A DNA stretch of 64,000 nt from contig JAFSDL010000013.1 in the NCBI GenBank assembly GCA_017436285.1, positions 8,096 to 72,095 on the forward strand. The letters run 5' to 3'. Shown here piece after piece: positions 38,015 to 47,348 of this stretch (its first letter is position 1; every line of letters starts with the position of its first letter). Made by a program: the position numbers and the translations under genes. The DNA is from Clostridia bacterium. Lineage in GTDB: Bacteria > Bacillota > Clostridia > Oscillospirales > Acutalibacteraceae. The notes under the pieces were generated by a model, which saw only the letters and a program-made list of their open reading frames with translations, made no database searches and was not told the origin of the DNA.

Positions 38015-38794
38015 ATGGGAAAAGGATATTTTAAAAGAGTTCTCGGTATGTGTAAAACTTGGGAGCTTGTATATTGGTGGATTTTGAGACTTTTGATGAT
38101 TGGCGGAATTATTCTTCGTCTTGTTAAGGCAGATGAATTGGGAATGTATCAGCCTATGCAGATGTCAGCAAATCTTTTAGGTATGTTTGCTTTTGAGATT
38201 TGTCAGGCATTTCCGAAAAATACATTTCCACGTTATTTTTCTGCTTATTTTCAGAATATTACAATTCTTGGATTTTTCCTTGCATCCTTTGGCGGTGCAT
38301 TCCTCAATTTCTATTACATAATTCCTGCTTATGACAAAGCACTTCACTTGTTCGGTTGTATGGAAGCAGTTTTCATAAGCTATGAGCTTGTTTGCGCTAT
38401 GCAGTTAAGAGATAAGGTGAAGGTTCCTGCTAAATATGTGACTCTTGCAGCGTTTGGTATCGCTTTTGTATTTGCGGCAGGCTGGGAGTTGTTTGAATTT
38501 ACCTTTGACCAGTGGTTTGGCGGGGATGCTCAGCACTGGAGCCTTGAGCTTGCAATTAAAGAAGCAGGCGGATTGGAAAATCTTTTTATGCTTATTCCTC
38601 TTGAGCCTGAGCGTCTTGAAGCAAGATTTGCGATTATGGACACTATGGAAGACGCAATTTGCAATGCAATTGGTGCGGTAATAATGTATCTGATTTTGAG
38701 AAAGAAGCCTTACAGACATATGGGTGACAACAATATCAACAAAATCATTGAAGAAGAATTGGCTAAAAATACCAAAGAAAACACAATCGCTTAA
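38015..38794 (+). CDS. Hypothetical polytopic membrane protein
   Basis: It has about 6 hydrophobic helices, SD AGGAG upstream, and no recognised family. Confidence 0.55.
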   Translation: MGKGYFKRVLGMCKTWELVYWWILRLLMIGGIILRLVKADELGMYQPMQMSANLLGMFAFEICQAFPKNTFPRYFSAYFQNITILGFFLASFGGAFLNFYYIIPAYDKALHLFGCMEAVFISYELVCAMQLRDKVKVPAKYVTLAAFGIAFVFAAGWELFEFTFDQWFGGDAQHWSLELAIKEAGGLENLFMLIPLEPERLEARFAIMDTMEDAICNAIGAVIMYLILRKKPYRHMGDNNINKIIEEELAKNTKENTIA

Positions 38795-38862
38795 ATAGTT
38801 GTTGATTATTTAGGAAAAAAGTTTTATAATTACAATGTATGATAATATAAGGAGGAATACCT

Positions 38863-40491
38863 ATGTCTAAAAAGGTATTGGCAGTTGTTCTGTCACTTAT
38901 TCTTGCTTTTTCGGTAGTTGCAGTTCCTGTTAGTGCAGCAGATATTTCATTCGATGACATCAGCATCGAAGATATCAATATCGAAAACTTCAACATCGAA
39001 AATTTCTTTAACCAATTTATTGATAAGCTTATTTCATTTGTTCTTACATATTTGAACGGCTTCTGGCCCGGATATGAAGATCAGTGGGTAGGCGAGGACG
39101 AATATGTTCCCGAATATTTCTATGAGGGCGAAGAAACCTTTGATAGAGAAGCTGCTTCAGGTGCAAAGTGGAAAATGGGATATGCAGGAGCATCTCTTCT
39201 CGATGGTATTGATGTAACAAGCGGTGACTATTTCCTCGCAGGCTCTCTTGAGCCTATTGCAGGTCGTGTCCCTGTAAGAGTTATTGATGACCAGAGAGTT
39301 CGTGTTTATGCCTTAACCGATGGTAATAGCGGTGTTGTTATTCAGGCTGTTATTGATGGCTTTGGTCTTTCTCGTGGTGATGTTCAGATTATTCGTGAAA
39401 GAATGGAAGAGTTTGCAACAGAGAATGATGTTGTTGCGATTAATGTATCAGTTCTTCATCAGCACTCATGCATCGATACTCTCGGTATGAACGTTCCTCT
39501 TGCACAAGCTCTTCTTTTTAACACAGGTAATGCTGCAGCAGGTGGTATTCTTGAAGACCTTAAGGTTGAAAAGAATCAGGAGTTTATGGAGAATCTCTAT
39601 GATAAAACCGTTCTCTCAATGAAACGTGCCGTTAAAGCTATGAAAGCCGGTAAGCTTTACTATGGCTCTGCAGATATCGGCGAGCTTATTCACGATAAAC
39701 GTGATCCTCAGGCAATTGACCCCAACATCAACAGACTTCGTTTTGTTCCCAATGACGGAACACAGGAAATCTGGGTTCTTGAAGCAGGTATCCACTGCAC
39801 AATGCTTGGTGCAGGTCCTGATGAGCTTACCGCAGACTTCCCCTACTACATCGAAAGAAAAATCAAGATGGAAACAGGTGCAAACGTAGTATATGTTCAG
39901 GGTGCTGAGCTTGCTATTACAACCGATTGCGATACACTTGATCTTCCCGAGGATATTACAAGTGAAGAAAGAATGGTTGCATACGGTGAAGCAGTTGCAG
40001 AAAGAGTTATTGCAATTGACAATGATGTTTACCTTAAGCCCATCCTCAACATTAAGATGCAGGAGGTTCGTCTTAACGTAACTAACGAAATTCTTACTCT
40101 CGCATCCCGTGAAGATGTTCTTAATCCTGTTATTGTAAAAACAGCAGATGATTATCAGATGGTAACAGAAATCGGTTATATGGAGCTTGGTAATAAGGTT
40201 GCTATCTTCCTTTGCCCCGGTGAGTTTGACCCGATTCTTATTTACGGTGGTCCCGAATCAGGCGACGCTTCCTGGTCCGGTGAAGAGTGGGGCTATGCTC
40301 CTCTTAAAGAGCTTACAGGCTGTGATTATGTAATGGTTTATGGTCTTAACAATGACCAGGCAGGCTATGTTCTCAGAGATAATGAGTATCACTCAATGTT
40401 TACAGAGAACGAAGAAATCAATGTTATTTCTGATACAGCAGGATCAACATTTGTAGGTGCATTTGAAGAGCTTATTTCTTCAGTAAAATAA
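38863..40491 (+). CDS. Secreted protein, possibly neutral/alkaline ceramidase-like N-terminal fold
   Basis: It has SD GGAGG and a signal peptide (MSKKVLAVVLSLILAFSVVAVPVSA). Five imperfect 15-nt tandem repeats follow (DISFD DISIE DINIE NFNIE NFFNQ, 38941-39015). The segment WKMGYAGASL...DDQRVRVYALTD...VIDGFGLSRGDV...VLHQHSCIDT is reminiscent of the ceramidase_alk family. This functional call is weak. Confidence 0.45.
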   Translation: MSKKVLAVVLSLILAFSVVAVPVSAADISFDDISIEDINIENFNIENFFNQFIDKLISFVLTYLNGFWPGYEDQWVGEDEYVPEYFYEGEETFDREAASGAKWKMGYAGASLLDGIDVTSGDYFLAGSLEPIAGRVPVRVIDDQRVRVYALTDGNSGVVIQAVIDGFGLSRGDVQIIRERMEEFATENDVVAINVSVLHQHSCIDTLGMNVPLAQALLFNTGNAAAGGILEDLKVEKNQEFMENLYDKTVLSMKRAVKAMKAGKLYYGSADIGELIHDKRDPQAIDPNINRLRFVPNDGTQEIWVLEAGIHCTMLGAGPDELTADFPYYIERKIKMETGANVVYVQGAELAITTDCDTLDLPEDITSEERMVAYGEAVAERVIAIDNDVYLKPILNIKMQEVRLNVTNEILTLASREDVLNPVIVKTADDYQMVTEIGYMELGNKVAIFLCPGEFDPILIYGGPESGDASWSGEEWGYAPLKELTGCDYVMVYGLNNDQAGYVLRDNEYHSMFTENEEINVISDTAGSTFVGAFEELISSVK

Positions 40492-40510
40492 TCAAATAAA
40501 TAAAATAGTG

Positions 40511-40548
40511 CAGCCCTTCGCAGATAAAAGCGAAGGGCTGTGTTTTTA
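40511..40548 (+). terminator. Rho-independent terminator
   Basis: An 11-bp stem, CAGCCCTTCGC (40511-40521) and GCGAAGGGCTG (40530-40540), is followed by TGTTTTTA. Confidence 0.85.
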
Positions 40549-40631
40549 TTTACATTTTGTCTATTTACAAGAAAGTATATAGTATGATATACTATAATAC
40601 ATATAATTATGTCTTATTAACGGTGATTTTA

Positions 40632-42068
40632 ATGGAAAGAAAAAGCGGTGTGCTTTTACATATATCATCCCTTTGGGGAGAATATTCTTGTGGCGGATTC
40701 GGTGATTCTGCTAAGGCGTTTATAGATTTTCTTTCAGACTGTGGATTTTCCTATTGGCAGGTTCTCCCTTTTGGTCTTGTTGATGAGTGTAATTCTCCTT
40801 ATAAATCCTATTCAACCTTTGCAGGTAATCCTTATTTTGTTGATTTGAAAAAGCTTTATGAAAAAGGTATCATTACGGCAGAAGAGTTGAACAACGCTCG
40901 CCAGAACACACCCTATTCCTGTGAGTTTGAGAGGTTAAGCACTGAAAGAGTAAAGCTTCTTATAGCTGCATCTCAAAGAGTAACCCAAGAGCAGAAATCG
41001 GCTATAAATGAGTTTATTGATGGAAATAAGCATCTTAAGGATTTTTGCATTTTTATGGCTCTTAAGGCTGCTAATGATAATAAAGAATGGATCTGTTGGG
41101 AAAAAGATACATACGATAAAAATATTGAATTCGGTTGGCGTTTTATTCAATATGAATTTTTCACACAATGGTCGGAAATCAAAAAATATGCTAACGATAA
41201 AAGCGTAAAGATAATTGGCGATGTGCCTATTTATGTTTCCTTTGACTCTTCAGATGTGTACTTCAATAAGAATTTGTTTCTCATTGATGATAACAATAAA
41301 ATGACTGATGTGGCAGGTGTTCCACCGGATTATTTTGCAGAGGATGGTCAGCTTTGGGGCAATCCCCTCTACGATTGGTCTGCAATGGAAAAAGAGAATT
41401 TTAAATGGTGGAAGGAAAGAGTTTCTTTATATCTTGAGATTTTTGACGGTATAAGAATTGACCATTTCAGAGCCTTTGAAAGTTTTTGGGCAGTTAAGGG
41501 TGATGCTAAAACTGCAAAGGATGGTAAATGGGTAAAGGGTCCGGGAATGAAGCTTATTAACGCAATTAAAGGTGTTTCCGGCGACAAGCTCATAATCGCA
41601 GAGGACTTGGGCGATATAACAAAAGAGGTTGTTGAGCTTGTTGAAGAAAGCGGTTTCCCGGGAATGAGAGTTTTCCAATTTGGTTTCTTTGGGGGAGAAA
41701 CACCTCACAAGCCTCATAACTACATAAACAATTGCGTTGCATATTCAGGTACTCACGATAACAATACCTTGTTAGGCTATTTATGGGAAACGCCCATAGA
41801 CCAAAAAAATGAAATTATGCATTATTGTGTATGCGATGAAAGCCAATGGAATGAAAAGGGCTGCAGAGCAATTATCAGAACTATAATGGCAAGTAACGCA
41901 GGTCTTGCGATTTTTCCCGTTCAGGATTTACTGGGATACGGAAATGATACTCGCCTTAATGTTCCCGGTAGGGCAGAGGGCAACTGGCTTTACAGAATAA
42001 CTAAAGACCAGCTCAATCTGATAAATAAACAGGAATTAAGAGCTTTAAATAAACTTTACGGTAGGTAA
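40632..42068 (+). CDS. malQ: 4-alpha-glucanotransferase (amylomaltase, GH77)
   Basis: It has MERKSGVLLHISSLWG, GDVPIYVSFDSSDV, IRIDHFRAF, IAEDLG and YSGTHDNNT motifs. I chose the ATG at 40632 rather than 40557. Confidence 0.95.
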   Translation: MERKSGVLLHISSLWGEYSCGGFGDSAKAFIDFLSDCGFSYWQVLPFGLVDECNSPYKSYSTFAGNPYFVDLKKLYEKGIITAEELNNARQNTPYSCEFERLSTERVKLLIAASQRVTQEQKSAINEFIDGNKHLKDFCIFMALKAANDNKEWICWEKDTYDKNIEFGWRFIQYEFFTQWSEIKKYANDKSVKIIGDVPIYVSFDSSDVYFNKNLFLIDDNNKMTDVAGVPPDYFAEDGQLWGNPLYDWSAMEKENFKWWKERVSLYLEIFDGIRIDHFRAFESFWAVKGDAKTAKDGKWVKGPGMKLINAIKGVSGDKLIIAEDLGDITKEVVELVEESGFPGMRVFQFGFFGGETPHKPHNYINNCVAYSGTHDNNTLLGYLWETPIDQKNEIMHYCVCDESQWNEKGCRAIIRTIMASNAGLAIFPVQDLLGYGNDTRLNVPGRAEGNWLYRITKDQLNLINKQELRALNKLYGR

Positions 42069-42072
42069 GAGT

Positions 42073-42864
42073 ATGGCAGATTTAAAAGATATAACATTAT
42101 ATTTGCTTGATATGGACGGAACAGTCAATTTAGGCTATGACCCCATTGACGGAGCAAAGGAATTCCTTGAAACCCTCAAAGCTCAGGGTAAAAACTTTAT
42201 TTTTCTTACAAATAATTCCTCTAAAAACGCAATGGATTATGTAGAGAAAATGCGTTCCTTGGATTTTCCTTGTGAAAAGGAAAATGTTTTTACCTCGGGT
42301 ATGGCAGCCGGAATGTTTTTGCAGGAAAATAAAAAAGATTCTTTGGTTTATGTTTGCGGAACAGAATCACTTAAAGCCGAGCTGAAAAAATATGGTGTTA
42401 ACATAAGCGAGGATGGGGTTGGCGCAGACCTTGTGCTTCTTGGTTATGATACAGAGCTTGATTATAAAAAAATCCGTATAGTTTGCGATTTGCTTGATGG
42501 GGGCGCAGAATACTATGCGACCAATATTGATATGGTTTGCCCTATTGAAGGTGGTCGTTATCTTCCCGACTGCGGAAGCTTTGCAGATATGTTTGAGCAA
42601 GCGGTTAAAAGAAGACCAATTTTCCTTGGTAAGCCCGACAGAACAATGATTGATATTCTCGCTAAAAGAGAAAATGTACCCTACGAGCAAATTGCAATGG
42701 TGGGTGACAGAATTTATACCGATGTTAAAACAGGTATAAATGCAGGTGTAACCTCTGTGCTTGTTCTTTCAGGTGAAACTACGATAGAAGATTATGAAAA
42801 AAGTGAAGTAAGGCCTGAATATGTTTTAGGTTCTGTTAAAGATATTTTAGAAGCAATTAAGTAA
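42073..42864 (+). CDS. HAD-IIA family sugar-phosphate phosphatase (NagD-like)
   Basis: It has LLDMDGTV, FLTNNSSK, GKPD and GDRIYTDV motifs. Confidence 0.85.
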   Translation: MADLKDITLYLLDMDGTVNLGYDPIDGAKEFLETLKAQGKNFIFLTNNSSKNAMDYVEKMRSLDFPCEKENVFTSGMAAGMFLQENKKDSLVYVCGTESLKAELKKYGVNISEDGVGADLVLLGYDTELDYKKIRIVCDLLDGGAEYYATNIDMVCPIEGGRYLPDCGSFADMFEQAVKRRPIFLGKPDRTMIDILAKRENVPYEQIAMVGDRIYTDVKTGINAGVTSVLVLSGETTIEDYEKSEVRPEYVLGSVKDILEAIK

Positions 42865-42877
42865 AGGAGGCATAAGG

Positions 42878-43945
42878 ATGTTCAAAAAATTTATTACAAT
42901 TTTAACGGTAATAGCATTTTTATGCTCGGTTATGTCTATTGGCTTTACCGCAACAGCTACTTATGAAGTAAATACCCTTTATGGTGATGTTAATGGTGAC
43001 GGTGTAGTTGATACCACGGATGCCCGCCAAGCACTTGAATTAGCCTCAGGGCTGGCTCTTTTAAAAGATGAGGCACAGTTAATTCGTTCTGATGTGAATT
43101 TTGATGGGTATATTACAATTTTTGATGCTCGTCAGATTCTTCGCGGTGCCGCAGGTCTTGCCTCTCTTCAACCCTCAGGCGCATTTACAGGGTTTGAAGA
43201 TAATGGCATATTCAATGGTAGCGAAAAAAATCTTATTGCTGTGTTTAACAATGCATTAAATAAAATTAAGGTTACAACAGACGAAAACCAATATATTGCT
43301 GCTACAATTACCAGAACAGCATCAGATAATCTTACAAATTTTAATATTAAAGAGGTTGAGCTTCCTCTCTTTGGCAACGCAAGTGCAGAAGGCGTTGCCT
43401 CTATGGTTGAAGAAAGTCTCACAGAAGACGATAAAGAAAATGAAACCACAATTATTCCTTATGGAAGTGATGATTTTTCTTTGGTTTCTGTTGAAAACGA
43501 AAATTATGTTTCGAATCTTACAGCTTCTGATATTTATGGTGCGAAAGCATCATATCAAAAAGATGAAAACGGTACTGATTTGATAACAATTGAAATCGCC
43601 CTTCCTGATACAGAAATAGAAATGGCAAATCAATCTGCTTATGCAAAGGTTTTTGATACAGATGCATTAATTGCCGAGCAGGACTCAACCTTAATGAAGC
43701 TTATGAAAGTAAGCTCAGGAGAAACGGCTATGTTTCGTGAGTTTAAAAACTGTGTTCTTAAAATTGTTATTGATGTTGCAACAGCAAATGTTCTTTCATA
43801 TACAGCAACATATCAATCCAAGGTTTATGTAGCACAGACAAGTGTGGGTATAGGAAACACCTTAAAAGCAACGCTTAAGGGTGTTGAATTTGAAAAAGAG
43901 CATTCGGTTAAATATGAGGATTTTCAATGGCCTGATAATAAATAA
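42878..43945 (+). CDS. Secreted dockerin-domain protein with uncharacterised C-terminal region
   Basis: A signal peptide is followed directly by two dockerin Ca-binding repeats (GDVNGDGVVDTTDARQAL and SDVNFDGYITIFDARQIL). The remaining ~250 aa are unassigned. Confidence 0.8.
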   Translation: MFKKFITILTVIAFLCSVMSIGFTATATYEVNTLYGDVNGDGVVDTTDARQALELASGLALLKDEAQLIRSDVNFDGYITIFDARQILRGAAGLASLQPSGAFTGFEDNGIFNGSEKNLIAVFNNALNKIKVTTDENQYIAATITRTASDNLTNFNIKEVELPLFGNASAEGVASMVEESLTEDDKENETTIIPYGSDDFSLVSVENENYVSNLTASDIYGAKASYQKDENGTDLITIEIALPDTEIEMANQSAYAKVFDTDALIAEQDSTLMKLMKVSSGETAMFREFKNCVLKIVIDVATANVLSYTATYQSKVYVAQTSVGIGNTLKATLKGVEFEKEHSVKYEDFQWPDNK

Positions 43946-43963
43946 GATTTTGGGGGATTAAAT

Positions 43964-45469
43964 ATGAAAAAATATGTTCTCGCTCTTGACCAGGGTACAA
44001 CAAGCTCAAGAACCATAGTTTTTGATAAAAAAGGAAGAATTGTTTCAAAAGCACAATATGAATTCGAGCAGATATACCCCAACACAGGTTGGGTTGAGCA
44101 TAACCCTTATGAAATTCTTGATTCACAGCTTCGTTCACTTTCTGCAGCTATTGATTACGGAAGAATTGACCCTAAAGAAATTGCGGCAATTGGTATCACA
44201 AACCAGAGAGAAACAACAATTCTTTGGGATAAGGATACAGGTAAGCCTGTTTATAATGCAATTGTCTGGCAGTGCAGAAGAACTGCACCAATATGCGAAA
44301 AGCTTAAAGAAAGCGGACTTGAAGACTATGTAAAAGAAAAAACAGGTCTTCTTATTGATGCTTATTTCAGCGCAACAAAAATCAAATGGATTCTTGATAA
44401 TGTGCCTGAAGCAAGAACTCTCGCTATGGATGGAAAGCTTCTTTTCGGTACTGTTGAAACTTGGCTTATCTGGAATCTGACTAATAAGCAAGTACATATT
44501 ACTGATTACAGTAATGCTGCAAGAACAATGCTTTTTGATATTGAAAAGCTTTGTTGGGATGAAAAACTCTGCAATGAATTGGGTATTCCTATGAGTATTC
44601 TTCCTGAGGTCAGGGAGTGTAGCTCTGTTTACGGATATGTTTCAGAGGATGTTCCCGGGCTTAAGTCTTTGGCAGGCATTCCCGTTTCGGGTGCTATCGG
44701 TGACCAACAGGCTGCTCTTTTCGGTCAGGCTTGCTTTAAGGCAGGTCAGGCAAAAAATACGTACGGAACAGGTTGCTTCCTTCTTATGAACACAGGGGAT
44801 AAGCGTATTCGTTCAAAAAATAATCTTATTGAGGGTATTGCATGGGGTATTAACGGAAAGGTTACCTATGACCTTGAGGGTAGTGCTTTCAATGCAGGCT
44901 CTGTTATTAAATGGCTTCGTGATGAGCTCAGACTTATTTCTGAACCAAGCGAATGTGATTTCCTTGCGGAAAGCGTTAAGGATTCCAACGGTGTTTATCT
45001 TGTTCCCGCCTTTACAGGTCTCGGTGCACCATATTGGGATATGTATGCAAGAGGCTGTATTATGGGTCTTACCCGTGGTGCAAACAGAGCCCATTTTGCA
45101 AGAGCGGTTCTTGAAAGTATTGCATTTCAGGTTACTGACCTTGTTGAAGCTATGTCTAAGGACAGTGGCATTTTAATGAGTGAAATGCGTGTTGACGGTG
45201 GTGCATCTGTAAGTAACATTCTTCTTCAGATTCAGGCAAACCTTACATCATCAAAGGTTAACCGTCCCAAGCTTGTTGAAACAACTGCTTTGGGTGCGGC
45301 GTATATGGCAGGTCTTGCAGTTGGCTTTTGGAAGGACTTTGACGAAATAGAAACAGTCCGTGAGGTTGACAGAATCTTTGTTCCGACTATTGAGGGCACT
45401 TCGAGAGAAAAAATGATTAGTGGATGGCACAAAGCCGTTGAAAGATCCAGAAACTGGGAAGAAATATAA
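43964..45469 (+). CDS. glpK: Glycerol kinase
   Basis: It has [31 protein letters not shown] and VDGGAS motifs, and is 501 aa. Confidence 0.97.
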   Translation: MKKYVLALDQGTTSSRTIVFDKKGRIVSKAQYEFEQIYPNTGWVEHNPYEILDSQLRSLSAAIDYGRIDPKEIAAIGITNQRETTILWDKDTGKPVYNAIVWQCRRTAPICEKLKESGLEDYVKEKTGLLIDAYFSATKIKWILDNVPEARTLAMDGKLLFGTVETWLIWNLTNKQVHITDYSNAARTMLFDIEKLCWDEKLCNELGIPMSILPEVRECSSVYGYVSEDVPGLKSLAGIPVSGAIGDQQAALFGQACFKAGQAKNTYGTGCFLLMNTGDKRIRSKNNLIEGIAWGINGKVTYDLEGSAFNAGSVIKWLRDELRLISEPSECDFLAESVKDSNGVYLVPAFTGLGAPYWDMYARGCIMGLTRGANRAHFARAVLESIAFQVTDLVEAMSKDSGILMSEMRVDGGASVSNILLQIQANLTSSKVNRPKLVETTALGAAYMAGLAVGFWKDFDEIETVREVDRIFVPTIEGTSREKMISGWHKAVERSRNWEEI

Positions 45470-45513
45470 TTTAAAGATATATTTATATCTATCTTTATTT
45501 TGTTATTTGCTAT

Positions 45514-45550
45514 CCGCCAAACTGGCGGCTGGTAGCTGGCGACTGGTGAC
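45514..45550 (+). repeat. Short hairpin plus four imperfect heptanucleotide tandem repeats (CTGGNRR) in the rmuC leader
   Basis: CCGCCA (45514-45519) pairs with TGGCGG (45523-28). The heptads are CTGGCGG 45522-28, CTGGTAG 45529-35, CTGGCGA 45536-42 and CTGGTGA 45543-49. They end 16 nt before the rmuC ATG. Confidence 0.6.
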
Positions 45551-45565
45551 TTTTATAGGAGTATT

Positions 45566-46843
45566 ATGAATTTAGAAATATTAATTATACTATTCGGTGC
45601 ATTAACTGTTGCACTTTCAATTGTGTGCATTGTTCTCGTTCTTTCTTTGAAGAAAAATAAAAATAACGATGCGATTTATGAAGAATTCCGTCGTAACCGT
45701 GAGGAAATGGCGAGAGCGGGTAAGGAATCCCGTGAAGAAACAACGGCTTCTCTGGGTAAAATTGAAGATAAGTTAAGCCAGATGCTTAAGGAAAATTATC
45801 AGAGCAGAATTGATTTGACTGAGAAGATTTCAGCATCCTTAAAGTCTATTCAGGAGCAGAATATTCAAAGCTCAGAGAGGCAGTCAAAGGTAATAGGGGA
45901 ATCTATTTCCAAGATGCAGGAAAGCAACGAAAAGAAGCTTGAGGAAATGAGAGTAACCGTTGATGAAAAGCTTACCGCAACTCTTTCAACAAGGCTTAAT
46001 TCCTCCTTTAAAACTGTTTCCGAGCAGCTCGAAAATGTTTATAAATCTCTCGGTGAAATGAAGGAGCTTTCTCAGGGTGTTACAACAAATGTTACCTCTC
46101 TTAACAGAATTCTTACTAATGTTAAGGCGAGAGGTACATGGGCAGAGGTTCAGCTTGAAGCAATCCTTGACCAGACAATTCCCGGTCTTTATGTAAAGAA
46201 TTATTCACCAAAGAACAATAGCGAACACGTTGAGTTTGCTATTCGTTTCCCAAATAGTGATAAAAGTGGCGAAGATATATTCTTGCCCATTGACTCCAAA
46301 TTCCCCTTGGAAGACTATGTAAGAGTTTGCGATGCTGCAGACAGGGCAGACCCCGAGGGCTTGCAGATTGCAAGAAAGGCTCTTGAAGACAGAGTTTTAG
46401 CAGAGGCAAAGGATATTAAAAAATATATCGTTGTTCCTCAGACAACACCCTTTGCAGTTCTTTATCTTGCAACAGAAGGTCTTTATGCGGAAATCGCATC
46501 ATCAAAAAGCGGTATTGCAGAAAAGCTTCAGGCACAAAATGTTATGATTGCAGGGCCTTCAACAATTACCGCTCTTCTCAATTCCTTTGCTATGGGCTTT
46601 AAGGCTATGGCAATAAATGAGAAAGCAGATGAGGTGAGAAAGCTTTTAGGTGCTGCAAAAACTCAGTATGAAACCTTTGGAAATGTTCTCGAAAAAGCAA
46701 GAAAGAAAATTGATGAGGCAGGAAAATCCCTTGATGAAGCCCGTCACAGAAATGAAATTATTCAAAAGAAGCTCAAAGGCGTTGAAGCCCTTGATACAGG
46801 GGTTGCCGGCGAGGTGCTTGAAATAACTGAATATACTGAATAA
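45566..46843 (+). CDS. rmuC: DNA recombination protein RmuC
   Basis: An N-terminal TM helix and a long coiled coil are followed by the C-terminal RmuC nuclease-like region (RGTWAEVQLEAIL...LPIDSKFPLEDY...VLYLATEGLY). Confidence 0.9.
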   Translation: MNLEILIILFGALTVALSIVCIVLVLSLKKNKNNDAIYEEFRRNREEMARAGKESREETTASLGKIEDKLSQMLKENYQSRIDLTEKISASLKSIQEQNIQSSERQSKVIGESISKMQESNEKKLEEMRVTVDEKLTATLSTRLNSSFKTVSEQLENVYKSLGEMKELSQGVTTNVTSLNRILTNVKARGTWAEVQLEAILDQTIPGLYVKNYSPKNNSEHVEFAIRFPNSDKSGEDIFLPIDSKFPLEDYVRVCDAADRADPEGLQIARKALEDRVLAEAKDIKKYIVVPQTTPFAVLYLATEGLYAEIASSKSGIAEKLQAQNVMIAGPSTITALLNSFAMGFKAMAINEKADEVRKLLGAAKTQYETFGNVLEKARKKIDEAGKSLDEARHRNEIIQKKLKGVEALDTGVAGEVLEITEYTE

Positions 46844-46846
46844 ATA

Positions 46847-46885
46847 AAAGAGGTTGTAAAAACAATAAGTTTTCGCAACCTCTTT
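46847..46885. terminator. Bidirectional terminator between rmuC and the convergent 146-aa gene
   Basis: A long imperfect stem, AAAGAGGTTGTAAAAAC (46847-46863) and GTTTTCGCAACCTCTTT (46869-46885), has loop AATAA and a TCTTTTAAAA tail. Confidence 0.8.
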
Positions 46886-46896
46886 TAAAATTAGTA

Positions 46897-47337
46897 TCAA
46901 AGTGAAAAGTTTTTATCTGAACAGAGAACGAAATCAAAGGTTTTTTCTTCGTGGTAGTCTATTCTTTTACCATCTTTTTTAATTATATAACCTTCGTATC
47001 TCAGGGTTGTTTTGCCGTTTGAAATCTCGCCCGAAACTGTAATGTTGTAGGCTAATCCGCCTTCTTTACTGTGCTCTGAAAGCTCTCGGCTTATTGGGTC
47101 GTTCCATTTCCGGACCTCTTCTATTTTTCGCCTTTGTAAAGGAGAGTCAGGTAGAAAACCGGCTACTGCTGTAACAATGCTTAAGTGCTCACTATGAAAT
47201 TCTTCTGTGAAATTATCATTGTTTGAACTGACAAGCTTTCCAACACTTATAGAAGGATAAGAGGTGTAATACCAAGCACCTGCAACTGAAAATATAACAA
47301 CCAATGCGAGAATAAACGCTAACAATTTTCTTTTCAT
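46897..47337 (-). CDS. Hypothetical exported/membrane-anchored small protein
   Basis: It has an N-terminal hydrophobic signal/anchor (LLAFILALVVIFSVAGAWYY). It is the last gene of the GntR-ABC operon, 11 nt after the permease stop. Confidence 0.55.
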   Translation of the reverse strand: MKRKLLAFILALVVIFSVAGAWYYTSYPSISVGKLVSSNNDNFTEEFHSEHLSIVTAVAGFLPDSPLQRRKIEEVRKWNDPISRELSEHSKEGGLAYNITVSGEISNGKTTLRYEGYIIKKDGKRIDYHEEKTFDFVLCSDKNFSL

Positions 47338-47348
47338 ATTATCACCTC

